From the NCBI RefSeq assembly GCF_021028975.2, contig NC_059434.1:34100001-34164000 (forward strand): a DNA stretch of 64,000 bases. Direction: 5' to 3'. Every line of letters begins with the position of its first letter. Position 1 is the stretch's first letter. The position numbers and the translations under genes are program-made. Shown here piece after piece: positions 1 through 11,899 of this stretch. The notes beneath the pieces are model-generated. The model ran no database searches. It was not told the origin of the DNA and worked only from the letters and a program-made list of their open reading frames with translations. Source of the DNA: Sphaerodactylus townsendi. Lineage: Eukaryota.

Positions 1-54
1 GTTTGCTGGGAGCACTCTAACAGTAGCTCTTACAGCCCATGCTTTGGAGGCATG

Positions 55-110
55 AGGGACAGGAAGTTCCGGGTTAAACATGCAACGCCACGTCAAGCTT
101 TCCCGGTTAG
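55..110. promoter_or_regulatory. Candidate promoter motifs upstream of Myb gene A
   Basis: Paired ETS-like cores CAGGAAGTTCCGG and CRE/ATF-like CCACGTCA just upstream of ATG at 148. Motif presence only. Confidence 0.3.
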
Positions 111-147
111 CTCACTAGGCTGCCCTTCCATACTTTGCAAGGGTCAT

Positions 148-2506
148 ATGGCCTATCCCCTCACAAGCAATTCTATCACCCCCAGTAACAGTGAGCACTT
201 AATGGTCTATATGTCAGTCCTCTGAGGGCGTGAACTGGTCGGAAGAGGAGAGGTGGGAGGCTATGATTCGTCTGTGATCAGCAGGGAGTGGCGTCGTAAC
301 CACCAATTAGTGGGTAGCGGGCTCCCAACAGGAAAATATACCTCAGCTCCCAAAAGAGCCATGGCAAGTGAGGGGGGATTACAACAGGAGCCCCACTCAC
401 TCCAAAACAAGTGGAAAGCCGCCAAAAAAGAGTACCCTAAAGCTGAGAGCTGACCCGCGTGGAGGGCTCCAACCGTTGCCGCTTGGAGTCAAAGCACTAC
501 TCCCTCATGCGCGCCAGGCTCTACTGAAGGCTGGTGGGTCCCTGCGCAGACATCGGGAGAAATGAAGGGGGGTGAGTTTGGTACCTTTCCACAGCATGCT
601 CTTGCAGTGACAAACCAGTTTACTGGTTTCAAATGCACCTGCTAGCTTTAATCTGAGCACCACTGAGAACCAACCAATCCAGTGAGATTGTGAGTTTAGC
701 TTGGAAGGGATGCGTGGACTTCTACTTTAGGTGTTACAGAGCACTCTAAGGCAATGGGTCTGCTTTGAGCACAACCCATTAGAGGTGTGGACTGTGTGAA
801 CGAAAGGCAAATTGTAGGTAGCAAATGGAGCACTGTGCAGCCGTGGATTTTAGGAGGTTAACAGCCAGAGCTAGACCACTCCCTGGTCAGTGGTGCATAC
901 CCCCCCCCCCAACGCTGCGGCTAGCTGGTGATGTGAAACCCACTCATCAATTCAGGTTCCATGGAACAAGCTCCAAATGTAATTGTTGTGTTTTACTTCG
1001 GCCAGCTCCCAGTACTTAAAGGCTGTGTCTGAGTCCAACCAACGCCGCGTAGTCTCTTGAGGGGTGGGCAGAGTGAGAGGGGAATGTGATGCCCTTTGAG
1101 CATGCTGCAGTAGAGGAAGGGGGCCGGAGGGCACACCCCTTTCTCCTCTTCCCTTACCACCTCCCTAGTCATAAAATTAAAAGCTGGGTATGTGAGCACC
1201 CGCTTATCTCCTCTCCCATTACGTACATGCTCTCAGTCCGGGTCTTATGGTCTAGCTGCAAAGCCGCGATTAAAATCATGGTGGGAAGGAGCGCATTGTG
1301 ACGTGGAGTGTTTCCAGGCCCACTGCCTCTCCCGTTTGCATTGCCGCAAAGTTTACCCATCAACGCGTGCAGAAAGGTTAAGCACTCTTTAACCAACAAT
1401 GCGACGCTGAAGAGCGCCACTATATTCCGGCCCCACCTTGAGAAACTTTGATGTGTGGGAGTCCTAAGGTAAACTTTAAGAACTACAAACTTGAGAAAGT
1501 TAAGACCATAGGGGAACTTGTATCTCAGTTTGCCACGCCTACCTTGTATTCGATGGGAGCCCCACATGCTGGCCTCCCTGTTCAATGACAGCAGGGGCTC
1601 TGTTGAATGTGGGAGAGAGCGCACTCTTTAAAAAATTAGATGTATGTGGCTATCTGGAGCTTAAAGCCATGCATCCCCCCCCTATTCCCCTTCAGGAGCA
1701 GCTCATTCCCACCACCAGAAACCAAGGGGAGGAGAGGAGCGAGGGGGGCACCCAGGTGCAGCGCAGTGAAGATGAGGGGTAAGCCTACAGAGTGCCATGT
1801 TCTTTGGGAAGGAGGTGTTGCCGCTGGATGCCAACGTTGCTCCATGTTACTGAGAGTTGTGGTCATGCATCTCTCAAATGCTAACTGGCTCTGCAATCTC
1901 TCCATGTTTGTGCAAAAGGAAATGTCTAGGGGACACAGAGGGGAGGGCTCCTAACCCACTGCAGGGAAGCTCTGCCAACTTAGGAAACCACTTACTACTC
2001 CAGAAGTTGGCACTCAGACAGAGCCATCGCTGGATGCCAACTTTGCCAGAGCATGAAGAAAAAAACTGGGCGGGGGGGGGTTGTTTTAAAGCGGGCTTAG
2101 CGGCAGCAGAATTCTTCTGCATGGAAGCCCAGGGATGGCTTAAGTGGTACTGAAAGAGCTCCTGAAGCGAAGGGGGGGGGACACAAGCAGCAGGAACCAG
2201 GACCCAGCGCCTTGCATCATCTAAATTTTCTAATTGTGGTTATATCTTCCACACTCTCTTCAGACACAGGGATCTGGAGGCGCCCTTAGGCTGGCTGTGG
2301 TTGAGAAGTGGATGAACAGGGAGGGAAGGGGGTCACAGGAGGCTCCCTGGCAAAGCCGAGGAGGAGGGAGCTGCAGAGAAGTGCAGGCAAACCACATGGC
2401 TGGCGGCATCCAGCCAAACAAGCACCAAACTTCCCTAACCCATCTCCCAGCTGGCCCTCCAGTTGTCTTGAAGCTGTAAATGCATTGCTTAAATCATCAC
2501 AATAAA
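148..2506 (+). pseudogene. Myb/SANT-like DNA-binding (MSANTD/trihelix-type) gene A, spliced, frameshifted in this assembly
   Basis: 227-450 reads across frameshifts as GVNWSEEE..EAMIRL...QLVGS.LPTGK.Y....AMASEG.YNRS..LQNKWKAAKKEY.KAE. Candidate donors GTGAGT (~572) and GTAAGC (~1779), last-exon acceptor ~2266 with coiled-coil-like tail, AATAAA 2501-2506. Exon limits approximate. Confidence 0.7.
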
Positions 2507-2546
2507 GGTAAATTGTACTTTTCACAAATATGCTTGTGCATATGGT

Positions 2547-5500
2547 TTTATTATCAGCTTGTTGGTTACAGCATCTCTGCAAAGCAAGGAGGAGTTGTCT
2601 GCTTTCCATGACCCAGCTTCCTCTCTCCCTGGCAAACCAACCTGAGGAGGACAGGGAGATGTATAATCGCTTTATAAAACATATAAACAAAATTAAACTT
2701 CCTGATGCTTAAAACGCAGCATCACTAAATTTCCTATGCAAAAAAAACGTAGGGGGTCCCTGCCGTGGTGGTGGCAGAACCAGAGAAAACAGGGGTGGGT
2801 GGGTGCAGCTTTGCTGAGTTACATCTCTGTAAAGCAGAGGATTGTCTGCCTTCCATGACCATCCTCTCCTGGCAACCTACCAGAGGGGCGAGCCAGGCAC
2901 GCGTGTAGCCCCTTTTAAAATATTAAAACCAATTAACCTTTGATGCTTAAGCGACATCATCACTAGCCTGGCAAAAGCTGGGGTCTCTGCGTGAGTGAGG
3001 TGGCAGACAGAGAAAAAACAAGGGTGGGTGGGTCGCTGGTTGGTTGGCATCTCTGCAGAAAGCAGAGGATTGTCTGCTTTCCATGACCATCCTCTCCTGG
3101 CAACCTACCTCACAGGAGGCTCAGGGGCGACGTAGTAATACTTTTTTAAAATATTAAAACCAATCTAACCTCTGATGCTTAAAACGCACATCAATAGCCT
3201 ATGTCCAAGTAAAAGCAGGGGGGGGGGGGTTCTGGCCGTGAAATTGGTAAGGCAGACAGAGAAAACAAGGGGGGGTGGGTGGGTGGGTCGCTGGCTGGTT
3301 ACATCTCTGCAAAGCAGAGGGATTGTCTGCTTTCCATGACCATCCCTCTCCTGGCAACCTACCTGAGAGGGGGAGCAGGGCCATGTGTAGCCTGTTTTTA
3401 AAATATTAAACAAAATTTAACTTCTGATGCCTCAAACTTGCATTACGCTAAGCTAACCCATGTAATAGAAGGGGGGGGGCTTGCCCGCGTGGTGGTGGCA
3501 AGTGTGACAGGCAGAAATAACAGGGGAGAGTCCTCTACAGGTCCATTCTCCTGCTTTGGAGCTTCCCTCAAGCGCTTGTGCATTGGCTGCTGATTCTTGG
3601 CAAGCTAACCATTGAGTGCAGCACAGCTCGCGAAGAGGTCTCCCCAACCATCATCAGGTCCTCCACCTGTGATGGAAGAGGTACCGTGGCCGCCATTAAA
3701 TCCACACAGGACTCCAAGTCGCGGTGTCCCTCAGCCAGAAAGTGGGATAAGTCACCTCTGGGTCGCATCTCCAATGAGATTTACGGTGCAGCCGGGCCAG
3801 CAATTTCCACAAGTGGGCGAGAGCACTGCTGAAAGCCAGCTGGGGAGCAGGCAAAGGTTTGTGATGCGACCCGACTTGGGAGCAAGAGGCGTAATGAACC
3901 CCCCAGCACCTACCTGCCACCGAGGGAGCCCAGGCGGCTGCAGCAAAGCCGCCACAAGGGTCTGCATTAATGTCATTCCCCACTGTCGATGGCCAGCCCT
4001 CATGCACATGACAGCTCCCTGTTTTGCTCTCTTGGCAGCTGCTCTGCATGAATGACGCCACCTCCCTTTCCACGCCTATCCCTCGAAGCGCCTCTGCCTC
4101 TCCATTGCCTCGACCTCTCCCTGCTCCACCATGGTACCCATACCGTGAAAGTCAGCTGCAGCACTCCAACACGTCGCATTAACGCCGCCTGTCAGCAGTC
4201 ATTCTCTCCGCTCTGGGTGAGAGTCAGTTCCATCTCATGGGCAGGGGTGTGGAGCCTGTAAAGGAGGACATCGTTGTTGAAAGAAAAAGCAAAATTAATA
4301 GCTGTAGGTGATGGAAGGAACTTTTATGAATCCAATGTGTCATCTACCCTAGGCTCGCATGGAGGGAGACACGCACTTTCTTGTTATGAGCACATGAGCA
4401 GATCTGCATAGGGCATCCTAGGGTTTTGCAGATAAAGCTGAATCAGAACCCCTAGCATTCAAGCATTGAGAATCAAGCAGTGAGGGAGGCTCAGTAAGGC
4501 GCAGTAATGAGGCAGCTCACTTTTGCGGCATGCTGTCTTCTCTTGTCGTGCAATGGAGTGGTTGTCCCTATGCTCTCAGGAGTGCCTACCGCAAAAATGC
4601 AGCTGGTGTGGGGTTGGGGTTTGTGTTTTCAAAAGCGCTAACCTTCATTTCCAAATTCAGAACTCCCCAGCAATAGGGATGGTCAAGGACATCATTCATG
4701 TCACCAGAGGGTGTCTGCAAGAAGAGAGCTGCCATGAAGGAGAAAGAAACATGTAAGGGGCGCACTCATCACTTTTCTTCCTTTTGGACAAGCACTATAG
4801 CGCATTAAGGCCAGAGTGCTGAGCGTACGCAGGAGTATTTGGTCAGCACAATGTCGTTCCAGCAGCACCACCACCCTGGCAGGGCGCGATACTGCGCCCA
4901 GCACTAACATGCAATGGCTAAGAGGCATCCTGTTGTGGTTTCACCTCACATGCCCGCTAAGCCTGTGGAGTGGACCATTGCTTCCCTGCATCGCCTTCCT
5001 CCTGGCAGGAAAAACCATTGAATGTGCACTGTTGTTTTTAGGACTGGCAAAATTCCATCCCAAAGAACATTACTGTGCCCCTTAACCCGTCCTCACCCCT
5101 TTAGGCGCCGCACTGTGATGGAGGGATGTCGTTGGGAACACCACAAAGCATGGCCTTACACCAGCAGGCTAAATAACAGCCAATGAACTCTACCCACTCA
5201 TCTCGCGACATAGGGATCTTTCTCGCATTGGCATCGTCCTCCTGGAGAATTGCTGATTTCTGGGGGTGGGAAACTTCTGTTACGAAAAGCCAGCATTACA
5301 AGTTCAGTAGCTGCGTGCAGAACCCGTTGACCAAAGAGGAGAGAGGGGAGAATTGAGGATTCACCCTGCTAGTCCACTGCACTGTGCAACAACAGCGACA
5401 GCGAGGAATGCAAAGCATTTCCCTGCACATCCGGGCATCCATCTTTACATGAGAAATAGGACATGAGCTGGGACCACAGTTAAACCAACCTTATAGAAGT

Positions 5501-6150
5501 GAAGCGTGCAGAGTCTGGAGTGCCCCATCACAAGAGAGGCACAACAGAGCAAAGCGGCGCTGCATCCAAATGGTATCAGGCAGAAGTATAGGAAAACTCA
5601 CCCGGGATGTAGGGGATGGGGGGTGGGAAACCTGCAGGGTCAGTCTCGCGCCCATGAAAGTGCTCCTGCAAGTCTCTGCTCCCGAACGCTTTGGTGTGGA
5701 AGTCCCTCAGCGGCCCCGGCGTCTGGAGAAAGCCGTCACGACGCATCTCTGTCGCCTCGGAGCTGATCGCGGGGGGGGTTGATCGCCCCTGTCCCCCCCC
5801 CCCAACATCTGCTCGAGCTCCTCATGCAGAAGGGGCATCGTCCGGTGGCCCATTCCCCTGAGAAGTGTTGTTGTTATTGCTGGTGTATCCGGCTTAAAGA
5901 ATCCCTTTTCAAAGTCTTTTGCGCTTCGGCCCTGCACTCAGCGGGACGTCCTGTTGTCTTGCCCCGGCCCGGCATTTGATCTGCCACCCTCTCAAAACAT
6001 GCGTCCAAGTTTCGCGATGCGATTTAGGACTTCAGCTTTGAAGCTTGAACTTCCTCTTCCCCCACCGCAGCAATGCAGGTCCCTTAGCGTCTCCTCCGGG
6101 TCGCCATGAGAAATACGCCTCTACCTGACCCTTACCGAAAATGATGGCCG
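2547..6150 (-). pseudogene. Myb/SANT-like DNA-binding gene B, multi-exon, frameshifted in this assembly
   Basis: 6110-5790 on minus reads across frameshifts as SWRPEET.DL...WGEEEVQ...SHRNLD.FERVADQM...G.NR...ECRA..K.LKRDF......SG.G.RTMP..EELEQM. Donor GTGAGT 5596-5601; exon 4714-4521 (TTGCAG / GTGAGC); last exon from 4255 (TTTACAG) with R/E-rich helical segment; minus-strand AATAAA 2547-2552. Confidence 0.75.
2560..3520. repeat. Tandem array, 4 units of ~240-250 bp, inside the Harbinger-type element
   Basis: Unit core CATCTCTGCAAAGCAGAGGATTGTCTGCTTTCCATGACC...CCTGGCAACCTACC...TTTTAAAATATTAAA...CTGATGCTT recurs near 2572, 2822, 3048, 3302. Confidence 0.9.
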
Positions 6151-6891
6151 CGATTGTTTTGTATTGCTTCGAAGTTTCCCTCCTCCCATCCCGCTTAGCG
6201 AGAGACTCTTCGGAAAGCGTTGCGCTATACGCGCGTAACAGGGCAGGAAAGCGAAGCTGACGAAGTCACCGCGTGCTGAGGCAAAATATCACCGCGGCAA
6301 GCGGGGGCCACGAACCTCCCCACCGGTTCGATTCAGGCCTAAGGCAAAGCGCCTACGACCCGAAACGGTATGGGAGGGGGGGGGGAGGCGAAGTGAGATG
6401 CAAAAGGAACAAAAGGGAGTAATGTCGCGCTAGCGCAGCCAGGTAACGCCCTTCGCCGACTCCCATTGGATGGATCAAATCTCGGCCACACGCTACGTGA
6501 ACCCATGCGCCGTCACTTCGATCCACTTTTCGCTCCACATTTGTTTCAAGAACTAGGCACCACCCAAATTCTGGGGGGGAAACTGCGTTTTCCCCAAAAG
6601 TTGCACAGAGTATCGGCGACAGGAAAAATGTGGTCAAACGGCTGGAATAATGGCAATAAGCAGATCGGCACACATTTTGGCTTAAGTGTGTCGCGAACAG
6701 ATGTGTGGGATACTTAAGCATCTAATCTCTGCCACATTACCAGATCTGCAACAAACAGTGTGTGCGAAAACGCCCAGAGTGAAGAGCCACATATGGCTCC
6801 TAAGACATTGAACAGATACTCAAGTGTCTTATATTAAGGAAAGTTTAATTTAATTCAATGTTCAGATCTAATAACAAGAGTCTGAGTCTGA

Positions 6892-7111
6892 GATAGGTTT
6901 GCCAACCTCTGGATGGGGCCTGGAGATCTCTCAGAATTACAACTGATCTCCAGACTACAGAGATCAGTTACCCTGAAGAGAATGGTTATTTTGGAGGGTG
7001 GACTTTATGGCACTTTCCCTTGTTAAGGTCCCTCCCTTCCTCAAAATTCATTATTCCCTGGTTCTACTGACAATCCCCCTGGAAATTCCGAACCCAAAGA
7101 TGGCTACTCTA
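6892..7111. mobile_element. Degenerate hAT-like MITE (TAGGGTTGCCA-type termini)
   Basis: Starts TAGGTTTGCCAACC, ends TGGCTACTCTA (imperfect TIR). Confidence 0.6.
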
Positions 7112-7452
7112 AATGAATACAATGTTATGGAAAATTTTTTTTAAAACATAGACATAGAATTTGTTTGAAGGCCAAGAGACAATATTAAGGTTCAGTTTAG
7201 TCTATTGAGTATTGTAGACCTGAAAATGATCCCACATTTTTCCTCCATTTGGTGGATCATAAAATTGAATCCCCAACAACTTTTACCAAACTTGTGGGTC
7301 TTTAAAGAAGAGTCATCAGAAGCTAAACTGGTAATTTAATGCCTCTGCTGTAAAATCAATCAATCAAACAAACAAACAACAACAAAACAGCCCCCTGAGC
7401 CCCAGAGGTTATAATAGAGCCAAGGGCAGATTTAAATGTTAAAGGTCTACAT

Positions 7453-7740
7453 AAGAGGAGTTTGGATTTATATCCTCCCCCTTTGTTTCCTGTTTGTAAA
7501 GGGGCTTACAAACTCCTCTTCCTTCTCCCCACAACTGACTACTGGTGAGGTAGGTGGGACTGAGAGAGTTCTGAAGAACTGTGACTAGCCCAAGGTTACC
7601 CAGCAGGGATGTAGGAGTGTGGAAACAAATCTGGTTCACCAGATAAGAGTCCATTGCTGGTGTGAACGACTGGGGAATCAAACTCAGTTGTCCAGATTAG
7701 AGTCCATTTGCTTTTGACCACAACACCTTGCTTGCTCTCC
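7453..7740 (-). mobile_element. tRNA-derived SINE (Squam3-like)
   Basis: Reverse complement matches the SINE at 63061-63366 (GGATATAAATCCAAACTC tail, GGGCTAGTCACAGTTCTT core, B-box remnant). Confidence 0.75.
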
Positions 7741-9176
7741 AGGGCATATGTACTCAAGTGGTTTTTTTCCCTTTAAAAGTGATTTTTCCCTTTCTACTGG
7801 GGCAGCTTTGGATCTTGAAATGATCATGAAAAAGCCCCCCCCCTTTTTTTTTTTTTGCTTTTTGAGATTGTTAGATACAGCCTAAACTACCAATTTTGCA
7901 CAAGACTCACACCCTTCTGCCCTTGTGCAAAGAGAAGACTGGAATTCTTGGGATCATGAATATTCAGCACATTAATGAGAACAGAAATCTTCACTTCATG
8001 AAAATAACTTGGGAGTCTAATGGCAAAAGATTTCACAACCACAGCTCACTTCCTTGAATGCATCTCTAAGGTGCCCTAGACTTATGTTTTATTTTGTTAT
8101 TATAGACTAACAAGACTATTAACCTAGAATTAACTTCATGAATTAAATATTCAATATTTTTGTGGAAATGAAATCCCTACATGAATCAATGACAATATTC
8201 AAGTTGCTAGTTAGTTTTTTACAGTTAGTAAAAAAATATTTTATTGCTGAAATAGCATGTTGCCCTTCGGATTTGGACTGGTTTTTTTTTTTTAAGCAAC
8301 TAAGCCATTACAGAATCCTGTGAGTCCTCCATGCCATAGCGGGAACTGGAGTTTCAGGAACACTGGGCTCCCAACCTAATCAGGGAGAAGGCTCAAATGG
8401 GGTGTATGTTTAATTTTCTTTATTAATAGCCCATGTTTCTTGCCAAGTCTCAAGACAGATGATAAAATATCAATAGTGAAATCAAATAGCACAAACCAAC
8501 CAATGACCACCCTAATAGGACCAGTAATGCTGAATTAAGGAACAATGTGAACAACACATTATCTAAGTCAGGTAAATGATAAATAATACAGATAATTGAT
8601 TACTAGGGAAAGACAATGCACTGAAAGCAGGTCATACCTACGATAATCATTTCAGTGGACTATTCCATTATAAAGGTGCCTTCCTGGACTTTAATCGCTT
8701 TCTTAAAATGACCTCTTGAACATTTTGGTTTTGCACATTTCATGAAATTACAGAAGGTCAGAAGCCTGCCTGACTTTTTCAGGCATGCTTGCTTTCCTTT
8801 GGCATGCGGCTTGCCATTCACAACTGCCCACCCACCAATCCCTACGTTTGGCAAGGTGTTGGTGTATTTATTTTATTTATATCATGCTGCTCTTCATAGT
8901 GGGGACTCAAAGCAGCTTATTACATCATTCTTCCCTCTTTCATCTTATCTTGACAACAACTGCCCCATGAGTCTTGCTATATTCAGATATTTCAAGTGGC
9001 CTAAGTTTACCAGTAAATTTCCATGGCAGAGCAGGGATTCAAACCTAGTTTTTCCAGATCCTAGACTGACATTGATTTCTATACCATGAAAGTAGAACTA
9101 AATGGACATTTCAGGGCTGAACAGAAATTTCTGGGACTCAGGCTGTGAAAGTGTTCTTTTTCACCTGTATCACTTT

Positions 9177-9325
9177 GGGCACTTTTGCAGATGTAGAATA
9201 ATGCAGTTTCAGTTCACTTTCACAATTGTTTGCAAGTGGATTTTGCTATTTTGAACAGTAAAATCCAGCTGCAAAGTGCTTTGAAAGTGGATTGAATGCA
9301 TTATTCTACATGTGTGAAAGTGCCC
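9177..9325. mobile_element. Harbinger-type MITE
   Basis: TIRs GGGCACTTTTGCAGATGTAGAATAATGCA / TGCATTATTCTACATGTGTGAAAGTGCCC; 3-bp TSD TTT on both sides. Confidence 0.8.
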
Positions 9326-9879
9326 TTTGCCACTACTCAGTGTGTATCATAGGTGGGTTCCACACTGCATATTTACAATGAGTTGCATTAGTTATAAATG
9401 AATCCATTTTTCTTTTTCCATTTTGTGCAATGGTCTGGCAATAATGAATGTGTTACTGTATATCTATGAGTGCAATGGTGGTCATACTCGCTGCCATGGT
9501 GAGAAAACATGCTTGGGAGATCTGCATAGTGGTGGGTGGACAGAATCTTCCTGACATGGCAAATGGCAGCAGAAACAAAGTAAAAGGGTGGAAGGGAGGA
9601 GAAATTAGATAGCAACTGGAAAAATAAAGCATCTCCTACCTGTTATGTTCACACAAGAGTGCCTTCAACCCAGAATTTTGCTAAAAGATAGTTTAGTGAT
9701 TTTGAAAAAAAAAACAGGTTAGGAGTATAACAGGCTTAAGTCATTTTGAGGTTGAGACCTGTGTGAAGTTCTTCCCCAAAACATTATTTGAAATGAAGTG
9801 AAACCTTTAATGGCATTTAAAAAAATAATATACAATGGGTTTTTAAAAATATAAAAAATTAAAATCCTTGAATACAGTC

Positions 9880-10790
9880 ATTAAAAAATTAAAGATTTTG
9901 TTCAGGAAAAACATTCAGACAGCAATACACATAAATCTGGCCATAGGTTCAGGTACTGTGGCTGAATTACTATTTAGCAGAAACAAGGTTTTAGCAGGAT
10001 CTGCAATACTGTCTAGGCCAGTCAAGGGGAGCTTTAATTTTTTTTTGTGCAGAGTCATAAAAAAGGCAATGGTGAAGGGCATGATGGACAGTTTCCTCCA
10101 ATCTGATGGTGCAGCTACAGTTTCTGTCAAAGATTGCAAGATGATTCTTTCTGCTGGAAGGAATCACATTACATCTAGCCAGAGTATCAGCTCCTCGAAG
10201 TTTAGGGTCAGTTAGTAAATAAAGATAGCTGGCTGTCATGGTAATCCGAGGGAGGATTCCCAGATGAATAGGAGAGAAAAATGTATTCACTTTAGCCATC
10301 CATTTCTGTGATTCTTGTTTGAGAAGACTAGGTTTTATTGCATGGAATGTCTCCTTGGCAGTTAGCATAAGTTGACAGTCCAGAGGCAGATCCAGGTCTT
10401 GTAATTTAGCATTCAGATGAACCTACCAGTCTGTTAAATGAAGAAAGGAGAGGGCTTGAGAAATAAAACTAGGGTCCTTGTTTCTTTAGCAAATTTGTAG
10501 CCAGAACTTGAAGGTAAGACACCAGGCTTTGGTTTCCATCAAGTGCTAGCCTGCTTCCAGAGATAAAACAGCATAGGGCACTGAATGAGGAATTCCAAAA
10601 ATTCGACATAAAAATCCAGATTGAATTTGCTCAATTTTAATGTTACATGATTGAATCCATAAAAGGATGCCACAGAAAAGTTGGTGGCAGTTTTTAGAAT
10701 TAAAGATCTTTAAAACCGCTGTGATATATCCATATCCCTTGTAAAAAAAAGCGAAAGATGGCATTACTGGTGATTTTACTTGATGCTATC
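9880..10790 (-). mobile_element. LINE ORF2 3' fragment, RTE-X-like
   Basis: Post-RT segment KIEQIQSGFLCRIFGIPHSVPYAVLSLEAG*..ETKAW....KFWL, then ASYLY.LTDPKLR...TLARCNVIPS...RNCSC...EETVHHAL.HC.FY (CCHC-type C-terminal knuckle); stops and frameshifts. Confidence 0.75.
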
Positions 10791-10811
10791 GCTCTATTCC
10801 TATGTTGTATT

Positions 10812-11506
10812 TAGGGTTGGAGATTGAGACGTAAGAAATGCCAGATTCGGACTGATCTGGGCGATTTTGGGCATGTTCAGACAAAAATTGTCCAAATGTG
10901 TCCTGTCCAAATATGCACGAATCCAAATGCAAGGTATTTGGGATTTTTTTTAAAAAAAAATTGGAGTTTTTTTGCATTTCAGCCTGAAGGGAGTGCATTT
11001 TTAAAGCTAGTGGCACCAGAATTTCAGGGTACTATTCAAAGACTGTCCTGATTATATCAACCAAGTTTGGTGAAGTTTGGTTCAGGGGGGGCAAAGTTAT
11101 GGACTCCCAAAGGGTGTGCCCCATCCCCCATTGTTTCCAATGGGAGCTAACAGGAGATGGGGGCTACCCATTTGAGGGTCCATAACTTTGCCCCCCCTAA
11201 ACCTAACATCACCAAACAGATGACTGTTCTGTCTGGCATTTCCTTGCTTGCAAGCAAAGAAACTCCAAAGCAGGCGGGGGCAGGAAAGAACCAGGTTGTC
11301 CACTCCTGACCGGATCACTCCCCCCTGCTGCCTCCTGGATCCCCACAGCAGCCCCAGCCCTTGACTGCTCTGGCGTTTCCTTGCTTGCAAGCAAGGAAAT
11401 GCCAGAGCAGGCGGGGGCAGGGAAGAGCTGGGGCCACCCATGATGCCGGGCGCATGCCTGTGGGGTGCCCAGCAGGCTTCTGCCCACCGACCCACCACCA
11501 CCCACC
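10812..11506. mobile_element. Non-autonomous hAT-like element (TAGGGTTGG terminus), truncated by gap; internal ~140-bp repeats
   Basis: Starts TAGGGTTGG; shares ACCAAGTTTGGTG..GTTTGGTT..GGGG and CATAACTT motifs with 32990-33948; repeated palindrome TTCCTTGCTTGCAAGCAA(A/G)GAA near 11240 and 11377. Confidence 0.6.
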
Positions 11507-11657
11507 NNNNNNNNNNNNNNNNNNNNNNNNNNNNNNNNNNNNNNNNNNNNNNNNNNNNNNNNNNNNNNNNNNNNNNNNNNNNNNNNNNNNNNNNNNNNNN
11601 NNNNNNNNNNNNNNNNNNNNNNNNNNNNNNNNNNNNNNNNNNNNNNNNNNNNNNNNN
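11507..11657. other. Assembly gap
   Basis: Run of 151 N. Confidence 1.
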
Positions 11658-11819
11658 CAATCTTTGGAGCATTGCCCTTTTAAGAAAATCATAGAAACAC
11701 TTCGTCCAAGCGGCAGCTTCCCTGAAGCCAAGCCTCAGAGCCTGTGGGGAGAGGAAAGGATGAGTGAGTGAGTGAGAGGGATGACGGGCAGTGGTGGTGA
11801 CACCGCAGCGGTGGAGAGT

Positions 11820-11899
11820 GGCTTGCGTATAAGGTGAGGAGGGCTTTTTCAGCACAAAAAATGTGCTGAAAAGGTCAACTTATACGCAAGTATATACGG
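11820..11899. mobile_element. Terminus of a Tc1/mariner-superfamily (Tc2/pogo-like) non-autonomous element
   Basis: Ends CTTATACGCAAGTATATACGG followed by TA; reverse complement CCGTATATACTTGCGTATAAG; subterminal copy of CTTGCGTATAAG at ~11823. Confidence 0.6.

Larger units (their letters stand above)
1..6775. mobile_element. PIF/Harbinger-type DNA transposon, right portion (left end and presumed transposase outside window)
   Basis: CpG-rich block ends sharply at ...GTGTGCGAAAACGCCC (6760-6775; reverse complement GGGCGTTTTCGCACAC, a Harbinger-like GGGC terminus) followed by AT-rich DNA. Contains two Myb/SANT-like domains, the accessory protein class of Harbingers. No DDE transposase motifs seen in window. 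Confidence 0.75.

Noticed and set aside
1169-1624. 151-aa minus ORF as possible Harbinger transposase
   Set aside because: No IDGTH, GD..YPL or VE..FG.LK.RW motifs here or seen elsewhere in 1-6775.
2560-3520. CRISPR-like periodicity
   Set aside because: Whole ~245-bp units repeat with no unique spacers; eukaryotic context.
11097-11855. 252-aa ORF and overlapping ORFs
   Set aside because: They span the N gap and join two unrelated repeats.
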